A DNA stretch of 25,996 bases from Gemmatimonadota bacterium (GCA_030598525.1 JAUVPT010000001.1:1-25996); one strand, 5' to 3'. Shown: positions 9,436 to 19,717, counted from the stretch's first letter. Notes: a model not told the origin generated them from the sequence alone. Numbers and translations are program-made.

Positions 9436-10782
9436 ATGGCGAACGAACGAACTCAAGCGCTCCAGGCCGCCCAGAATATCTTCAAGATTCCGGAGCTGAA
9501 GAGCAAGATCCTCTTTACGCTGTTGTGCCTGGCCATCTACCGGCTTGGCTCGCACATTCCGACGGCCGGCGTCAACGTGCTGGCTCTCCAGCAGATGGCC
9601 GGCCAGTTCCAGGGAACCCTGTTCGGGATCTACGATCTGTTCACGGGTGGAGCGCTGCAGCGGGCGACGGTCTTCGCTCTTGGAATCATGCCGTACATCT
9701 CGGCCAGCATCATCTTCCAGGTACTCGGGTCGACCTTCCCGACGATCGAGAAGTTGCAGAAGGAGGGCGAGGACGGGCGGCGGAAGCTGACGCAGTGGAC
9801 GCGCTATTCCACGGTCTTCCTGTGCATCATGCAGGCGTACGGCTACTCGATCTTCCTCGAGTCGCAGCCGGGTGTCGTAGTGTTTCCCGGTTGGGCCTTC
9901 CGAATCGAGACGGTTCTCCTGCTTACCGCAGGTGGTGTCTTCGTCATGTGGCTCGGCGAGCAGATCACCGAACGGGGCATCGGGAACGGGATGTCGCTGC
10001 TGATCTTCTTCTCGATCATCCAGGGATTCCCGGCGGCCGTGTTCAACACGCTCGAGCTTCTTCGGGCCGGTGGGATCAGCCTGTTCAAGCTGATCGCACT
10101 CCTCGCCGTGCTGGTTCTGATCACGGCTGCAGTCGTCGCGCTCACCATGGCGGCGCGCCGGATCCCGGTCCAGATTCCGCGTAAGGTGGTGGGTCGTGGG
10201 CGCGTGCGGGAGGGGCAGAAATCGTTCATCCCCATCCGCATCAACAGCGCCGGAGTGATGCCGATCATCTTCGCGCAGGCCATCATCATCGTGCCCGGCA
10301 CCCTGTACTCGTTTACGGGCGGGCAGGGCGCATCCGGCTTCCTGTACGACTTGAGCCAGATCTTCGCGCCGGGTTCCATGTGGTACTACGTGACGTATGC
10401 CGCGCTGATCATCGTGTTCACCTACGTGTACACGGCGATCATCTTCAACCCGGTTGACCTGGCCGAGAACCTGAAGAAGCAGGGTGGTTTCATTCCAGGT
10501 GTGAAGCCGGGAGCGCAGACGGCGGAATATATCGATCGTGTCCTGACACGAGTCACCCTTCCAGGGTCGATCTACCTGGCCGTGATCGCGATCCTCCCGT
10601 TCTGGATCTTCGCGGCATTCGATATCCAGACATTCTTCTTCGGCGGCACCTCGCTACTGATCGTGGTCGGTGTGGGGCTGGACACGGTTCAGCAGATGCA
10701 GCAGCACCTGCTGCTCCGGCAGTACGAAGGATTCATGAAGAAGGGTCGGGTCAAGTACAGAGGCCGTCAGAAATACATGTGA
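9436..10782 (+). CDS. secY: Preprotein translocase subunit SecY
   Basis: About 10 hydrophobic segments; FALGIMPYISASII, GEQITERGIGNG.SL, GVMPIIFA, NLKKQGGFIPG, GGTSLLIVVGV. Confidence 0.99.
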   Translation: MANERTQALQAAQNIFKIPELKSKILFTLLCLAIYRLGSHIPTAGVNVLALQQMAGQFQGTLFGIYDLFTGGALQRATVFALGIMPYISASIIFQVLGSTFPTIEKLQKEGEDGRRKLTQWTRYSTVFLCIMQAYGYSIFLESQPGVVVFPGWAFRIETVLLLTAGGVFVMWLGEQITERGIGNGMSLLIFFSIIQGFPAAVFNTLELLRAGGISLFKLIALLAVLVLITAAVVALTMAARRIPVQIPRKVVGRGRVREGQKSFIPIRINSAGVMPIIFAQAIIIVPGTLYSFTGGQGASGFLYDLSQIFAPGSMWYYVTYAALIIVFTYVYTAIIFNPVDLAENLKKQGGFIPGVKPGAQTAEYIDRVLTRVTLPGSIYLAVIAILPFWIFAAFDIQTFFFGGTSLLIVVGVGLDTVQQMQQHLLLRQYEGFMKKGRVKYRGRQKYM

Positions 10783-10807
10783 CGGACCCGGACGAGGAGA
10801 TCGGGCC

Positions 10808-11362
10808 GTGAGGCTCTTAATAATGGGTCCCCCGGGGGCCGGCAAAGGCACCCAGGGGGAACTCCTGGCGCGAAGGTTGGGGATACCCCGGTACTCGACG
10901 GGAGACATCCTCAGGCAGGCGCTCCGCGAAGGTACGCCGATGGGGCTCGAGGCGAAGCGGAATATGCACGCCGGCGAGCTGGTTCCCGACGACGTGATCC
11001 TGGGGATCGTGGGCGAGGCCCTGGAGCACGAAGACTCGGAGCCGGGATTCCTTCTGGACGGCTTCCCCCGGACCGTGGCGCAGGCAGAGGGGCTGAGTAG
11101 ACTTCTGTCGGACAGGGGCCAACAGCTGGACGCGATCGTGGATATGTCCGTCCCCGATGAAGAGATCATGAAGCGCCTGTCGACCCGGGGGCGCAAGGAC
11201 GACTTGCTGGAAACGATCAAGCGCAGGCTCGAGGTCTATGGGGCGAAGAAGCAGCCGCTCCTGGACTGGTACGCGAATTCGGGTGTGCGGATCGTGTCGG
11301 TTATGGGAGTCGGCGACATCGACGAGATTCAGGCATACATCCTGGATTGTCTCTCGCTGTGA
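10808..11362 (+). CDS. adk: Adenylate kinase, short-LID type
   Basis: GTG start; P-loop GPPGAGKGTQ, STGDILR, GELVPD, LDGFPRT..QA. Confidence 0.97.
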   Translation: MRLLIMGPPGAGKGTQGELLARRLGIPRYSTGDILRQALREGTPMGLEAKRNMHAGELVPDDVILGIVGEALEHEDSEPGFLLDGFPRTVAQAEGLSRLLSDRGQQLDAIVDMSVPDEEIMKRLSTRGRKDDLLETIKRRLEVYGAKKQPLLDWYANSGVRIVSVMGVGDIDEIQAYILDCLSL

Positions 11363-12138
11363 TGCGTTTGAAGACGGCCGACGAGATCGATGCGATCGGA
11401 CGAGCCGGCGAGATCGTCGCGGGGGTGTTGGCCCTGGTGGGCGAGCGCGCTGAGCCCGGTGTGAGCACCGAGGATCTCGACTCGGCGGCTGAGGGCTACA
11501 TTCGCGATTACGAAGGCGCCGCACCGGCCTTCAAGGGGCTGTACGGATTTCCGGCCGCGCTGTGCACGAGCCTCAACGACGAGGTAGTGCATGGCATTCC
11601 GGCGCCCGACAGGCGCCTCGAGGAAGGGGACCTGCTCGGCGTGGATGTCGGGGTGGTCCTGGACCAGATGTTCGCGGACGCAGCGGTGACCGTGCCGGTG
11701 GGGCAGCCGTCGGAGGAAGTGCGACGACTGCTCGCTGTCACGCAGGCCTCGCTGGACGTCGGAGTCCAGCAGGCTGCGGCAGGATCGACACTGGGCGATG
11801 TAGGCGCGGCGATCCAGACGGTCGTGGAGGATGCGGGATACAGTGTGATCCGTGAGCTGGTGGGTCACGGGGTCGGGTTCGCTCCGCATGAGGAGCCGCA
11901 TGTGCCCAACTTCGGGCGCAGGGGGCAGGGGGCGAAACTCGAAGAAGGCCTCGTCATCGCCATCGAGCCGATGGTGAACGTAGGCCGCCGTCACATCCGG
12001 ACGATGGCGGACGGATGGACGGTCGTAACGGCCGACGGAAGTCTGTCGGCGCATTTCGAGCACACGGTTGCCGTGACGCGGGAGGGTCCCAGGATCCTCA
12101 CCCGGCGATCCGGCGACCCGGGTTTGAAGGAGGAGTAG
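11359..12138 (+). CDS. map: Methionine aminopeptidase, type I
   Basis: [13 protein letters not shown], metal-ligand motifs DVG..D, GHGVG...HEEP, EPM, AHFEHTV. The start is GTG 11359 or ATG 11362, overlapping the adk stop. Confidence 0.98.
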   Translation: MMRLKTADEIDAIGRAGEIVAGVLALVGERAEPGVSTEDLDSAAEGYIRDYEGAAPAFKGLYGFPAALCTSLNDEVVHGIPAPDRRLEEGDLLGVDVGVVLDQMFADAAVTVPVGQPSEEVRRLLAVTQASLDVGVQQAAAGSTLGDVGAAIQTVVEDAGYSVIRELVGHGVGFAPHEEPHVPNFGRRGQGAKLEEGLVIAIEPMVNVGRRHIRTMADGWTVVTADGSLSAHFEHTVAVTREGPRILTRRSGDPGLKEE

Positions 12139-12139
12139 T

Positions 12140-12358
12140 TTGGCGAAAGAGGAACCGATCCAGATGTCCGGCGACGTAATTGAAGCACTGCCGAACGCCA
12201 TGTTCAGGGTCAGGCTCGAAAACGAACACGAGATCATATGCCACGTGTCGGGAAAGATCCGCATGAATTACATCCGGATCCTCCCGGGAGACAAGGTCAC
12301 GGTGGAGATGTCGCCCTATGATCTGACGAAGGGGCGTATCACTTACCGGTTCAAGTAG
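12140..12358 (+). CDS. infA: Translation initiation factor IF-1
   Basis: TTG start after AAGGAGGAG; [40 protein letters not shown]. Confidence 0.99.
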   Translation: MAKEEPIQMSGDVIEALPNAMFRVRLENEHEIICHVSGKIRMNYIRILPGDKVTVEMSPYDLTKGRITYRFK

Positions 12359-12363
12359 AGTCG

Positions 12364-12392
12364 TTGATTCACGGGCACGGAGCCGTTATCTT
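12364..12392 (+). promoter_or_regulatory. Candidate sigma70 promoter upstream of rpmJ-rpsM-rpsK-rpsD-rpoA-rplQ
   Basis: TTGATT (12364-12369), 17-nt spacer, TATCTT (12387-12392), in a locally AT-richer spacer of a GC-rich window. Confidence 0.55.
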
Positions 12393-12434
12393 TAACAGCT
12401 GTCTCGTGAACGGTTGAAAAGGACGGATTGCGTT

Positions 12435-12551
12435 ATGAAGGTGCGTTCCAGCGTTAAGCGGATCTGCGAACACTGCAAGATTGTTCGGCGCCGTGGAGTG
12501 GTGCGGGTGATCTGCAGCCGTGATCCGAAGCATAAGCAGCGGCAAGGATAG
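12435..12551 (+). CDS. rpmJ: 50S ribosomal protein bL36
   Basis: Not in the ORF track; reads [38 protein letters not shown] with CxxC...C...H ligands. Confidence 0.99.
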   Translation: MKVRSSVKRICEHCKIVRRRGVVRVICSRDPKHKQRQG

Positions 12552-12558
12552 AAGACGT

Positions 12559-12592
12559 TCGGTCTGGCAGGCCGCCTGGCCCCGCGGACCGA
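12559..12592 (+). promoter_or_regulatory. Stem-loop in the rpmJ-rpsM spacer (possible translational regulatory leader)
   Basis: TCGGTC (12559-64) pairs with GACCGA (12587-92) and encloses a CAGG/CCTG stem; function inferred from position only. Confidence 0.3.
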
Positions 12593-12611
12593 CAATCTGA
12601 ACGGGTGGTAA

Positions 12612-12995
12612 ATGGCAAGAATAGCCGGCGTTGACCTCCCCCGGGAAAAGCGGGTCGAGATCGCCCTGACGTACATCTACGGGATTGGTCGCTCGACATC
12701 GCAGGCGATCCTGGCCGAAACGGCCATGGATCCGGATACCCGGGTGCGTGACCTCACGGACGAGGACGTCAACAAGCTCCGACGGGTCATCGAGGCCCGC
12801 TACAAGGTGGAAGGTGCGCTTCGCACGGAAACGTCCATGAACATCAAGCGTCTCATGGACATCGGCTGCTATCGGGGTGTGCGGCACCGCCGCGGTCTTC
12901 CGGTCAGAGGGCAGCGGACGCACACGAACGCGCGCACCCGAAAGGGTCCGCGACGCGCGGTGGCCGGCAAGAAAAAGGCGCCTTCGAAGAAATAG
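12612..12995 (+). CDS. rpsM: 30S ribosomal protein uS13
   Basis: [44 protein letters not shown]. Confidence 0.99.
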   Translation: MARIAGVDLPREKRVEIALTYIYGIGRSTSQAILAETAMDPDTRVRDLTDEDVNKLRRVIEARYKVEGALRTETSMNIKRLMDIGCYRGVRHRRGLPVRGQRTHTNARTRKGPRRAVAGKKKAPSKK

Positions 12996-13004
12996 GGACG
13001 ATGC

Positions 13005-13388
13005 ATGGCCAAGCCTAAAGGCACGAGACGTAAGCGTCAGGTAGACGCGGAGGGCGTTGCCCACATCAAGGCGACCTTCAACAATACGATCATCACGATC
13101 ACGGAGCTCAACGGCGGGACCGTGGCCTGGGCCAGCGCAGGGAAGGCTGGATTCAAGGGTTCGAAGAAGTCCACGCCGTTTGCCGCCACGATTGCGGCCG
13201 AGACCGTAGGACGAGAGGCCGCCTCGATGGGCATGAAGCGGCTGCACGTTCGAGTACAGGGTCCGGGGTCGGGTCGCGAATCCGCGATTCAGGCCCTGCA
13301 GGGTGCGGGCCTGACGATCCGGTCGATCCGGGACGTCACGCCGCTTCCACACAACGGATGCCGTCCGCCCAAGAAGCGTCGGGTTTGA
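13005..13388 (+). CDS. rpsK: 30S ribosomal protein uS11
   Basis: [48 protein letters not shown]. Confidence 0.99.
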   Translation: MAKPKGTRRKRQVDAEGVAHIKATFNNTIITITELNGGTVAWASAGKAGFKGSKKSTPFAATIAAETVGREAASMGMKRLHVRVQGPGSGRESAIQALQGAGLTIRSIRDVTPLPHNGCRPPKKRRV

Positions 13389-13432
13389 GGCGGGCAGTCA
13401 GGAACACGCAGGCGACACGGTAAGGAAGCCAG

Positions 13433-14067
<635 letters not shown>

Positions 14068-14081
14068 GAGGCGAAACGCAC

Positions 14082-15167
14082 ATGTCAGCAGGGCTAGATC
14101 TTACAGGACTCGTGCTGCCGGGTACCGTCGAGGAACAGGGTCTTTCAGATGACGGCCGGCGAGCGGAATACGTACTGCAGCCGTTGGAGCGAGGATTCGG
14201 CCACACGGTTGGAAACTCAATTCGTCGGGTGCTGCTGTCGTCGCTTCCGGGCTGCGCCATCTGGGCGTTTCGGGCAGACGGCGTTCAGCACGAGCACCAG
14301 ACGATTCCGGGTGTGGTGGAGGACATCCACCAGGTGATCCAGAAGCTCAAGAAGCTCGTCATCGTGCTCGACCCGGGCGTCGATGAGGCGAAGCTGGAGC
14401 TGGCCGTGTCGAAGGCGGGATCGGTCACGGCCTCGATGATCGGCAGCGTGTCGGGCGTCACCATCGTCAACTCTGACGAGACGCTGTTCACGCTCCAGGA
14501 CGACCTGCCGGATGGCCGTCCGCTCAACCTGGACTTCTGGGTTGACCGGGGTCGCGGGTTCGTGGTGGCCGTGCAGCACGAGCGTCCAGAGGACGCGCCG
14601 GTGGACCTGATCCGAATCGACTCGGTCTACAATCCGGTCATCCGGGCGAACTTCCTGGTCGAGGAAACGCGTGTCGGCCAGCGGACGGACTTTGACCGGC
14701 TGACGGTCCAGGTCGAGACGAACGGCTCACTGAACCCCGGTGATGCGATCGCCTACGCTGCAGAGATTGCCAGGCTGCACCTGCAGTATCTGACCGGGTT
14801 CGGATCCGGGAACGGTAGTTCCGCGCCGGAGATGGCTGGCCGGGACGGCCGCAGCGCCGTGGACGGGGGGATGACAGCGCTTCTCGAGTCGCCGCTGGAT
14901 TCGTTTGACGGCATCTCGATCCGGTCCAGGAACAACCTGGATAAGGCCGATATTCACACGCTTCTGGACATCGTCGTCCGGTCGCGCGACGACATCCTTG
15001 CCGTGCCTTCGTTCGGTGAAAAGTCGCTGGAAGAGATTGCCGAAGTCCTGGCGCTCAACGGTCTCCGGTTCGGGATGGCCATCGAGCGTGACGACGTGGG
15101 TGATCTATGGATCGTCGAGGAGGCGGAGCTTTCGACCGCTGGAGGCGAGGGCGGAGATGAGGCATAG
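14082..15167 (+). CDS. rpoA: DNA-directed RNA polymerase subunit alpha
   Basis: [44 protein letters not shown] helix-hairpin-helix ending FGEKSLEEI. Confidence 0.99.
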   Translation: MSAGLDLTGLVLPGTVEEQGLSDDGRRAEYVLQPLERGFGHTVGNSIRRVLLSSLPGCAIWAFRADGVQHEHQTIPGVVEDIHQVIQKLKKLVIVLDPGVDEAKLELAVSKAGSVTASMIGSVSGVTIVNSDETLFTLQDDLPDGRPLNLDFWVDRGRGFVVAVQHERPEDAPVDLIRIDSVYNPVIRANFLVEETRVGQRTDFDRLTVQVETNGSLNPGDAIAYAAEIARLHLQYLTGFGSGNGSSAPEMAGRDGRSAVDGGMTALLESPLDSFDGISIRSRNNLDKADIHTLLDIVVRSRDDILAVPSFGEKSLEEIAEVLALNGLRFGMAIERDDVGDLWIVEEAELSTAGGEGGDEA

Positions 15168-15519
15168 GAATAAGGGGCGGTCACTAAGCCGCACCTCGAG
15201 CCATCGGACTGCGACGCTCAGGAACATGGCCACAAGCCTGATCCAGCACGAGCGTATTCGTACCACGGAGGCAAAAGCACGCGAACTTCGTCCCTTCGTC
15301 GAAAAGCTGATTACGCTTGGAGGCACGGACGACGTGCACAGCCGGCGCCGGGTGCGTCGGCACATTGCGGACCGGGCGGTGCTCCACAAGTTGTTTGATG
15401 AGGTGGGGCCGCGATTCCGGGAGCGGCCGGGTGGATACACCCGGATCGTGAAACTCGGAGCTCGCAAGGGTGATGGTGCCGAAATGGCCATTATCGAGCT
15501 TACCGAGATGGCGAACTAG
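15157..15519 (+). CDS. rplQ: 50S ribosomal protein bL17
   Basis: ATG at 15157 overlapping the end of rpoA; [44 protein letters not shown]. Confidence 0.99.
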   Translation: MRHRNKGRSLSRTSSHRTATLRNMATSLIQHERIRTTEAKARELRPFVEKLITLGGTDDVHSRRRVRRHIADRAVLHKLFDEVGPRFRERPGGYTRIVKLGARKGDGAEMAIIELTEMAN

Positions 15520-15551
15520 AGCCGACCTCAGGTCGGGAAAGGCAGGCACCG

Positions 15552-16034
15552 ATGCTTCGCGGGACTTCGACGATACTGATGGTCGTCGCAGTGCTGGCCG
15601 TCGTCGGTTTCATGTGGTGGCTGGACCGGAAGGCGGGCTCTCTGGACACCGAGGTGGCACCGGTACTCGAGGAAGTAACGGAGTCCGTGCCAGTGGATCT
15701 CGACGCCGCGGTTCTCGCAGCCGAGCCTGCGTCCGCGGTCGGCGAGACGGGTTACCTCCGGTCGGTCGCGGTCGCGCAGCGACTGGGACGCGGGGCGTTC
15801 TCCCTGCAACTGGACAGCGCGGTGACGTATCCCGTGCTGCTTTCGTCCGACCTGATTCAGATGGACACGCAGGTATATGGTGGTGACATGGTGACCCTGT
15901 ACGGCCATGTGTTCACGCTCAACGATTCGATACGATCGGTATGGGTGAACCAGGACGCCGTAGACCAGGCAAACTCGAGCGCGATCCCGATGAGCCCGAG
16001 CTTTATCATGGCGGACTCGCTCTCGTTCAACTGA
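15552..16034 (+). CDS. Hypothetical membrane-anchored protein (one N-terminal TM helix, probably exported beta-rich domain)
   Basis: 160-aa ORF filling the rplQ-rpmB gap with a purine-rich RBS; ILMVVAVLAVVGFMWWL hydrophobic stretch; no family recognised. Confidence 0.8.
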   Translation: MLRGTSTILMVVAVLAVVGFMWWLDRKAGSLDTEVAPVLEEVTESVPVDLDAAVLAAEPASAVGETGYLRSVAVAQRLGRGAFSLQLDSAVTYPVLLSSDLIQMDTQVYGGDMVTLYGHVFTLNDSIRSVWVNQDAVDQANSSAIPMSPSFIMADSLSFN

Positions 16035-16046
16035 TGTGTGTTTGAG

Positions 16047-16238
16047 ATGGCAAACTTCTGTTACGTATGTAATAAAGGGCCGGCTACCGGCAACACCGTG
16101 AGCAACGCGAACAACAAGCGGAAACGGCGCTTCATGCCGAATCTGCAACGCGTGCGCATCCTGGAGGACGGGCGGGCGGTTCGCGTTCGGGTCTGTACCC
16201 GTTGCCTGAAGGCGGGCAAGATCCGCAAGGCACCCTGA
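16047..16238 (+). CDS. rpmB: 50S ribosomal protein bL28 (four-Cys type)
   Basis: ATG at 16047; [35 protein letters not shown]. Confidence 0.97.
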   Translation: MANFCYVCNKGPATGNTVSNANNKRKRRFMPNLQRVRILEDGRAVRVRVCTRCLKAGKIRKAP

Positions 16239-16290
16239 GGCGTCGGCGAGAGTCGACTTCCCTTCCATCGCGTCGAGCTGAGACGACCCG

Positions 16291-16326
16291 AGAAGGCTCC
16301 GCCAGACGGTGGGGCCTTCTTGTCAT
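16291..16326 (+). terminator. Probable intrinsic terminator closing the ribosomal operon
   Basis: 13-bp stem AGAAGGCTCCGCC / GGTGGGGCCTTCT with two G-U pairs and an AGAC loop; its base runs into TTCTTGTC. The G-U pairs favour the + strand. The U-tract is imperfect. Confidence 0.65.
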
Positions 16327-16413
16327 GTCGGACCCCCGGTCCGCCGGGCGCGGCCCGGCACCCGGTCGGGGGTCGGATCACGGCCGATGCCGTACCACTG
16401 GAGCGTGGCGCGG

Positions 16414-17415
16414 ATGAAAGCACTGGTCACCGGAGCCGACGGTTTCGTGGGGCAACACCTCATTGCTGAGCTGTTGGATCATGGCTTCAGCGTGGCCGCC
16501 TCCGCCCTGGATCTACCTCCTGGCCGTTCGACTCTCACTTCCGAGCAGATCGCATCCGTGGACTGGAAAGCGGCCGACGTCAGGGACCGTGACGCCCTCG
16601 TGCGACTCGTGGCCGCTGCCATGCCGGACCACATATATCACCTGGCGGGTTTCGCATCCGGCGCCCTGGCGCGCGAATTCGCGTCCGATGCGGTTCACAT
16701 CAATGTCGGTGGCACGGTCAACCTCTGCGAGGCCGTCGTCTCGGTTCGCGAGATCGAGTCCGAGTTCGACCCGCGAATCCTCGTCATGGGTTCGTGTGAC
16801 GCCTATGGAGACGCGGCCCGGGACGGCGTGCCGCTGTCTGAGGAAATGTCCCTCAGGCCAGTGTCGGCCTACGGTTTGTCCAAGGCGGGCCAGGAGCTCG
16901 CCGCGCATACATATCGACGTGCTCACGGCCTGCGGATGCTGGTCGTCCGCGGATTCAATCTCGTCGGCCCGGGCCAGGAGCCACCCTTTGTCGTGCCCGA
17001 GTTCGCCATACAGGTTGCCCGGATGGCGCTCGGTGAGGTCGAGCCTTTCGTCAAGGTCGGCAACCTGGATGTGGAGCGCGATTTCACGGACGTTCGCGAC
17101 GGCGTGCGCGCCCTTCGTCTCCTGATGGAACTGGACACGCCCGGGGCGGCTTACAACGTCGCGAGCGGGCATACGATCCGAATCGAAACGATCCTCGACT
17201 GGATCATAGACGAGGCGGGCATCGAGGTAGAGATTGAGGTAGTCCCGAGCCGAGTGCGCCGGGAGGAACTGGCCGTCGTGGCTGGAGACATCACCCGCAT
17301 ACGGGATGACACCGGCTGGGTCCCGATGCGCGATGTGGAGGAATCGGTTCGCGAGACGTACCGCTGGTTGAGAAGCCGGTTCGAAAGAACGGAACAAACA
17401 AGCACAGTGGTCTGA
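16414..17415 (+). CDS. Extended SDR nucleotide-sugar enzyme, Rmd-like (GDP-4-keto-6-deoxymannose reductase / GDP-mannose dehydratase family)
   Basis: ATG at 16414: [13 protein letters not shown]; YHLAG, YGLSK (YxxxK), [27 protein letters not shown]. Substrate not established. Confidence 0.85.
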   Translation: MKALVTGADGFVGQHLIAELLDHGFSVAASALDLPPGRSTLTSEQIASVDWKAADVRDRDALVRLVAAAMPDHIYHLAGFASGALAREFASDAVHINVGGTVNLCEAVVSVREIESEFDPRILVMGSCDAYGDAARDGVPLSEEMSLRPVSAYGLSKAGQELAAHTYRRAHGLRMLVVRGFNLVGPGQEPPFVVPEFAIQVARMALGEVEPFVKVGNLDVERDFTDVRDGVRALRLLMELDTPGAAYNVASGHTIRIETILDWIIDEAGIEVEIEVVPSRVRREELAVVAGDITRIRDDTGWVPMRDVEESVRETYRWLRSRFERTEQTSTVV

Positions 17416-17426
17416 GTGAGGGAGAA

Positions 17427-18740
17427 ATGAACGTCACCGTCGTAGGAAGCGGATACGTGGGTCTTGTCGTCGGAGCCTGCCTGGCAGAGACAGGAAACCA
17501 GGTCGTGTGTGCCGACATCGATGAGCGAAAGATCGGACTGCTCAAGGACGGGCAGAGCCCGATCTATGAGCCGGGCCTGGATCGCTTGCTTCAGCGCAAC
17601 CTCGCCGAAGGGCGGATTCGCTTCACGACCGACGTGGCCGAGGCCGTGCGCAGCGGGCGCGTCGTGTTCATAGCGGTGGGAACGCCCCCGGACGAAGACG
17701 GCTCGGCCGATCTTCAGCACGTGTTGGCCGTCGCGCGAGTCGTGGGGGAGAACCTCGTCGATGAGAAGGTCGTGATCACGAAGAGCACCGTTCCCGTAGG
17801 GACGGCGTCCAAGGTGCGCGCGGAGATCGAGAAGTACACGGACGGCGAGTTTCACGTTTGCTCGAATCCCGAGTTTCTCAAGGAAGGTGCCGCGATTGAC
17901 GACTTCATGCGTCCCGACCGCGTGGTCTGCGGGATCGAGTCGGACGAGGCGCGACCCATCCTGGAGGAGCTGTACGAGCCGTTCGTCCGAAGCGGCAATC
18001 CCTTGATTTTCATGGACATCGCTTCGGCGGAGCTCACCAAGTACGCCGCCAACGCCATGCTGGCGACCCGCATCAGCTTCATGAACCAGATCGCCGCGCT
18101 GTGCGAGGCCACCGGAGCGGACATCACGATGATCCGGCGGGGAGCCGGGTCGGACCCCCGGATCGGGGCGTCGTTCCTGTATGCCGGAGCGGGCTACGGA
18201 GGCAGCTGTTTCCCGAAGGACGTACGGGCGCTCATCCAGACGGGTGAGGAGATGAACGTCGATCTGTCGATCCTCAAGGAAGTGCACGAGACGAACGAGC
18301 GTCAGAAGAAGGTGCTCGGCAGGAAGATCCGGGACCGGTTCGGAGACGATCTGTCGGGCATGAAGTTCGCGGTCTGGGGACTGGCGTTCAAACCCGAGAC
18401 GGACGACATGCGGGAAGCCGCCTCCGTCACCGTGATCGAGGAGCTTCTCGCAGGCGGGGCCACGGTCAGCGCCCACGATCCGGTGGCCGAGGAAGTCGCC
18501 CGCGAGTGGTATCTCGGCGACCGGATCGAGTATGCGCCGGACGAATACGCTGCGCTGTCCGGGGCAGCTGCGCTCGTGGTGGTCACCGAGTGGCTCCAGT
18601 ATCGGCGTCCGAACTGGGAGCGTGTGAAGAAAGAGCTCGTGGCCCCGGTCGTGTTTGACGGCAGAAATCTGTACAGTCCGGCACGCATGAGGCGCCAGGG
18701 CTTCGAGTACTATCCGATCGGGAGAGAGCAGGTACAATGA
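17427..18740 (+). CDS. ugd: UDP-glucose 6-dehydrogenase (UDP-glucose/GDP-mannose dehydrogenase family)
   Basis: [43 protein letters not shown], catalytic [21 protein letters not shown]. Confidence 0.95.
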   Translation: MNVTVVGSGYVGLVVGACLAETGNQVVCADIDERKIGLLKDGQSPIYEPGLDRLLQRNLAEGRIRFTTDVAEAVRSGRVVFIAVGTPPDEDGSADLQHVLAVARVVGENLVDEKVVITKSTVPVGTASKVRAEIEKYTDGEFHVCSNPEFLKEGAAIDDFMRPDRVVCGIESDEARPILEELYEPFVRSGNPLIFMDIASAELTKYAANAMLATRISFMNQIAALCEATGADITMIRRGAGSDPRIGASFLYAGAGYGGSCFPKDVRALIQTGEEMNVDLSILKEVHETNERQKKVLGRKIRDRFGDDLSGMKFAVWGLAFKPETDDMREAASVTVIEELLAGGATVSAHDPVAEEVAREWYLGDRIEYAPDEYAALSGAAALVVVTEWLQYRRPNWERVKKELVAPVVFDGRNLYSPARMRRQGFEYYPIGREQVQ

Positions 18741-19717
18741 GAATCCTGATCACCGGTGCGGCGGGCTTCCTGGGCTCACATCTGACGGACAGATTCTTGG
18801 CCGACGGGTACCACGTGATCGGTATGGACAACCTGATCACGGGGAGCCTGGACAACATCGCCCATCTCGAGGACGAGCCGCGGTTCGAGTTCGTCCGGCA
18901 CGACGTCACGCAATTCATCGACGTCAAGGGAGATCTCGACGGCGTACTGCACTTCGCGTCGCCTGCGAGCCCGGTGGACTACCTGGAGCTGCCCATCCAG
19001 ACACTCAAGGTGGGCAGTCTGGGTACGCACAACGCCCTTGGCCTGTCTCTCGCCAAGGGAGCCCGCTTCCTCCTTGCCTCGACGTCGGAGGTGTACGGGG
19101 ACCCGCTGGTTCACCCGCAGCCGGAGACCTACTGGGGCAACGTCAACCCGATCGGTCCGCGGGGCGTATACGACGAAGCGAAGCGTTTCGCCGAGGCGAT
19201 GACCTCCGCGTATCACCGATTCCACGGAGTGGACACCCGTATCGTCCGGATCTTCAATACGTATGGGCCGCGCATGCGGCCCGGAGACGGCCGGGTCGTA
19301 TCCAACTTCATCGTGCAGGCCCTGCTGGGGCAGGGGCTGACGGTGTACGGTGATGGGTCGCAATCGCGCAGCTTCTGCTATGTCTCCGACGAGGTTGAGG
19401 GGATATTCAGGCTGTTCCACGCGAATGGGCACGACCCCGTGAACATCGGCAATCCGGACGAGTACACCATCGGCGAGCTTGCCGAGCGGATCCAGGCCGT
19501 CCTGGACCCGGACGCGGGGGTGAAGTACCTGCCGCTCCCGACGGACGATCCGAAGGTTCGGAAGCCGGACATCACCCGGGCTCGGACGATTCTCGGATGG
19601 GAGCCTCTCGTGTCCCTTCAAGACGGCCTCTCGGACACGATCGCGTACTTCCGGTCACTTCACGAGCGCAATCCGCTGAGTCCGCCGCCTGTGATCACGG
19701 AGGCAGCCGAGGAATGA
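18737..19717 (+). CDS. uxs: UDP-glucuronate decarboxylase (UDP-xylose synthase) family
   Basis: [62 protein letters not shown]; ATGA overlap with ugd. Confidence 0.92.
   Translation: MRILITGAAGFLGSHLTDRFLADGYHVIGMDNLITGSLDNIAHLEDEPRFEFVRHDVTQFIDVKGDLDGVLHFASPASPVDYLELPIQTLKVGSLGTHNALGLSLAKGARFLLASTSEVYGDPLVHPQPETYWGNVNPIGPRGVYDEAKRFAEAMTSAYHRFHGVDTRIVRIFNTYGPRMRPGDGRVVSNFIVQALLGQGLTVYGDGSQSRSFCYVSDEVEGIFRLFHANGHDPVNIGNPDEYTIGELAERIQAVLDPDAGVKYLPLPTDDPKVRKPDITRARTILGWEPLVSLQDGLSDTIAYFRSLHERNPLSPPPVITEAAEE

Noticed and set aside
15522-15536. Hairpin after rplQ as a terminator
   Set aside because: It has only a 6-bp stem and is followed by purines (GAAAGG), with no U-tract on the coding strand.
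17151-18737. 528-aa minus-strand ORF
   Set aside because: It is the antisense shadow of ugd. GC-rich codon bias suppresses stops on the opposite strand, and I recognised no motifs in it.
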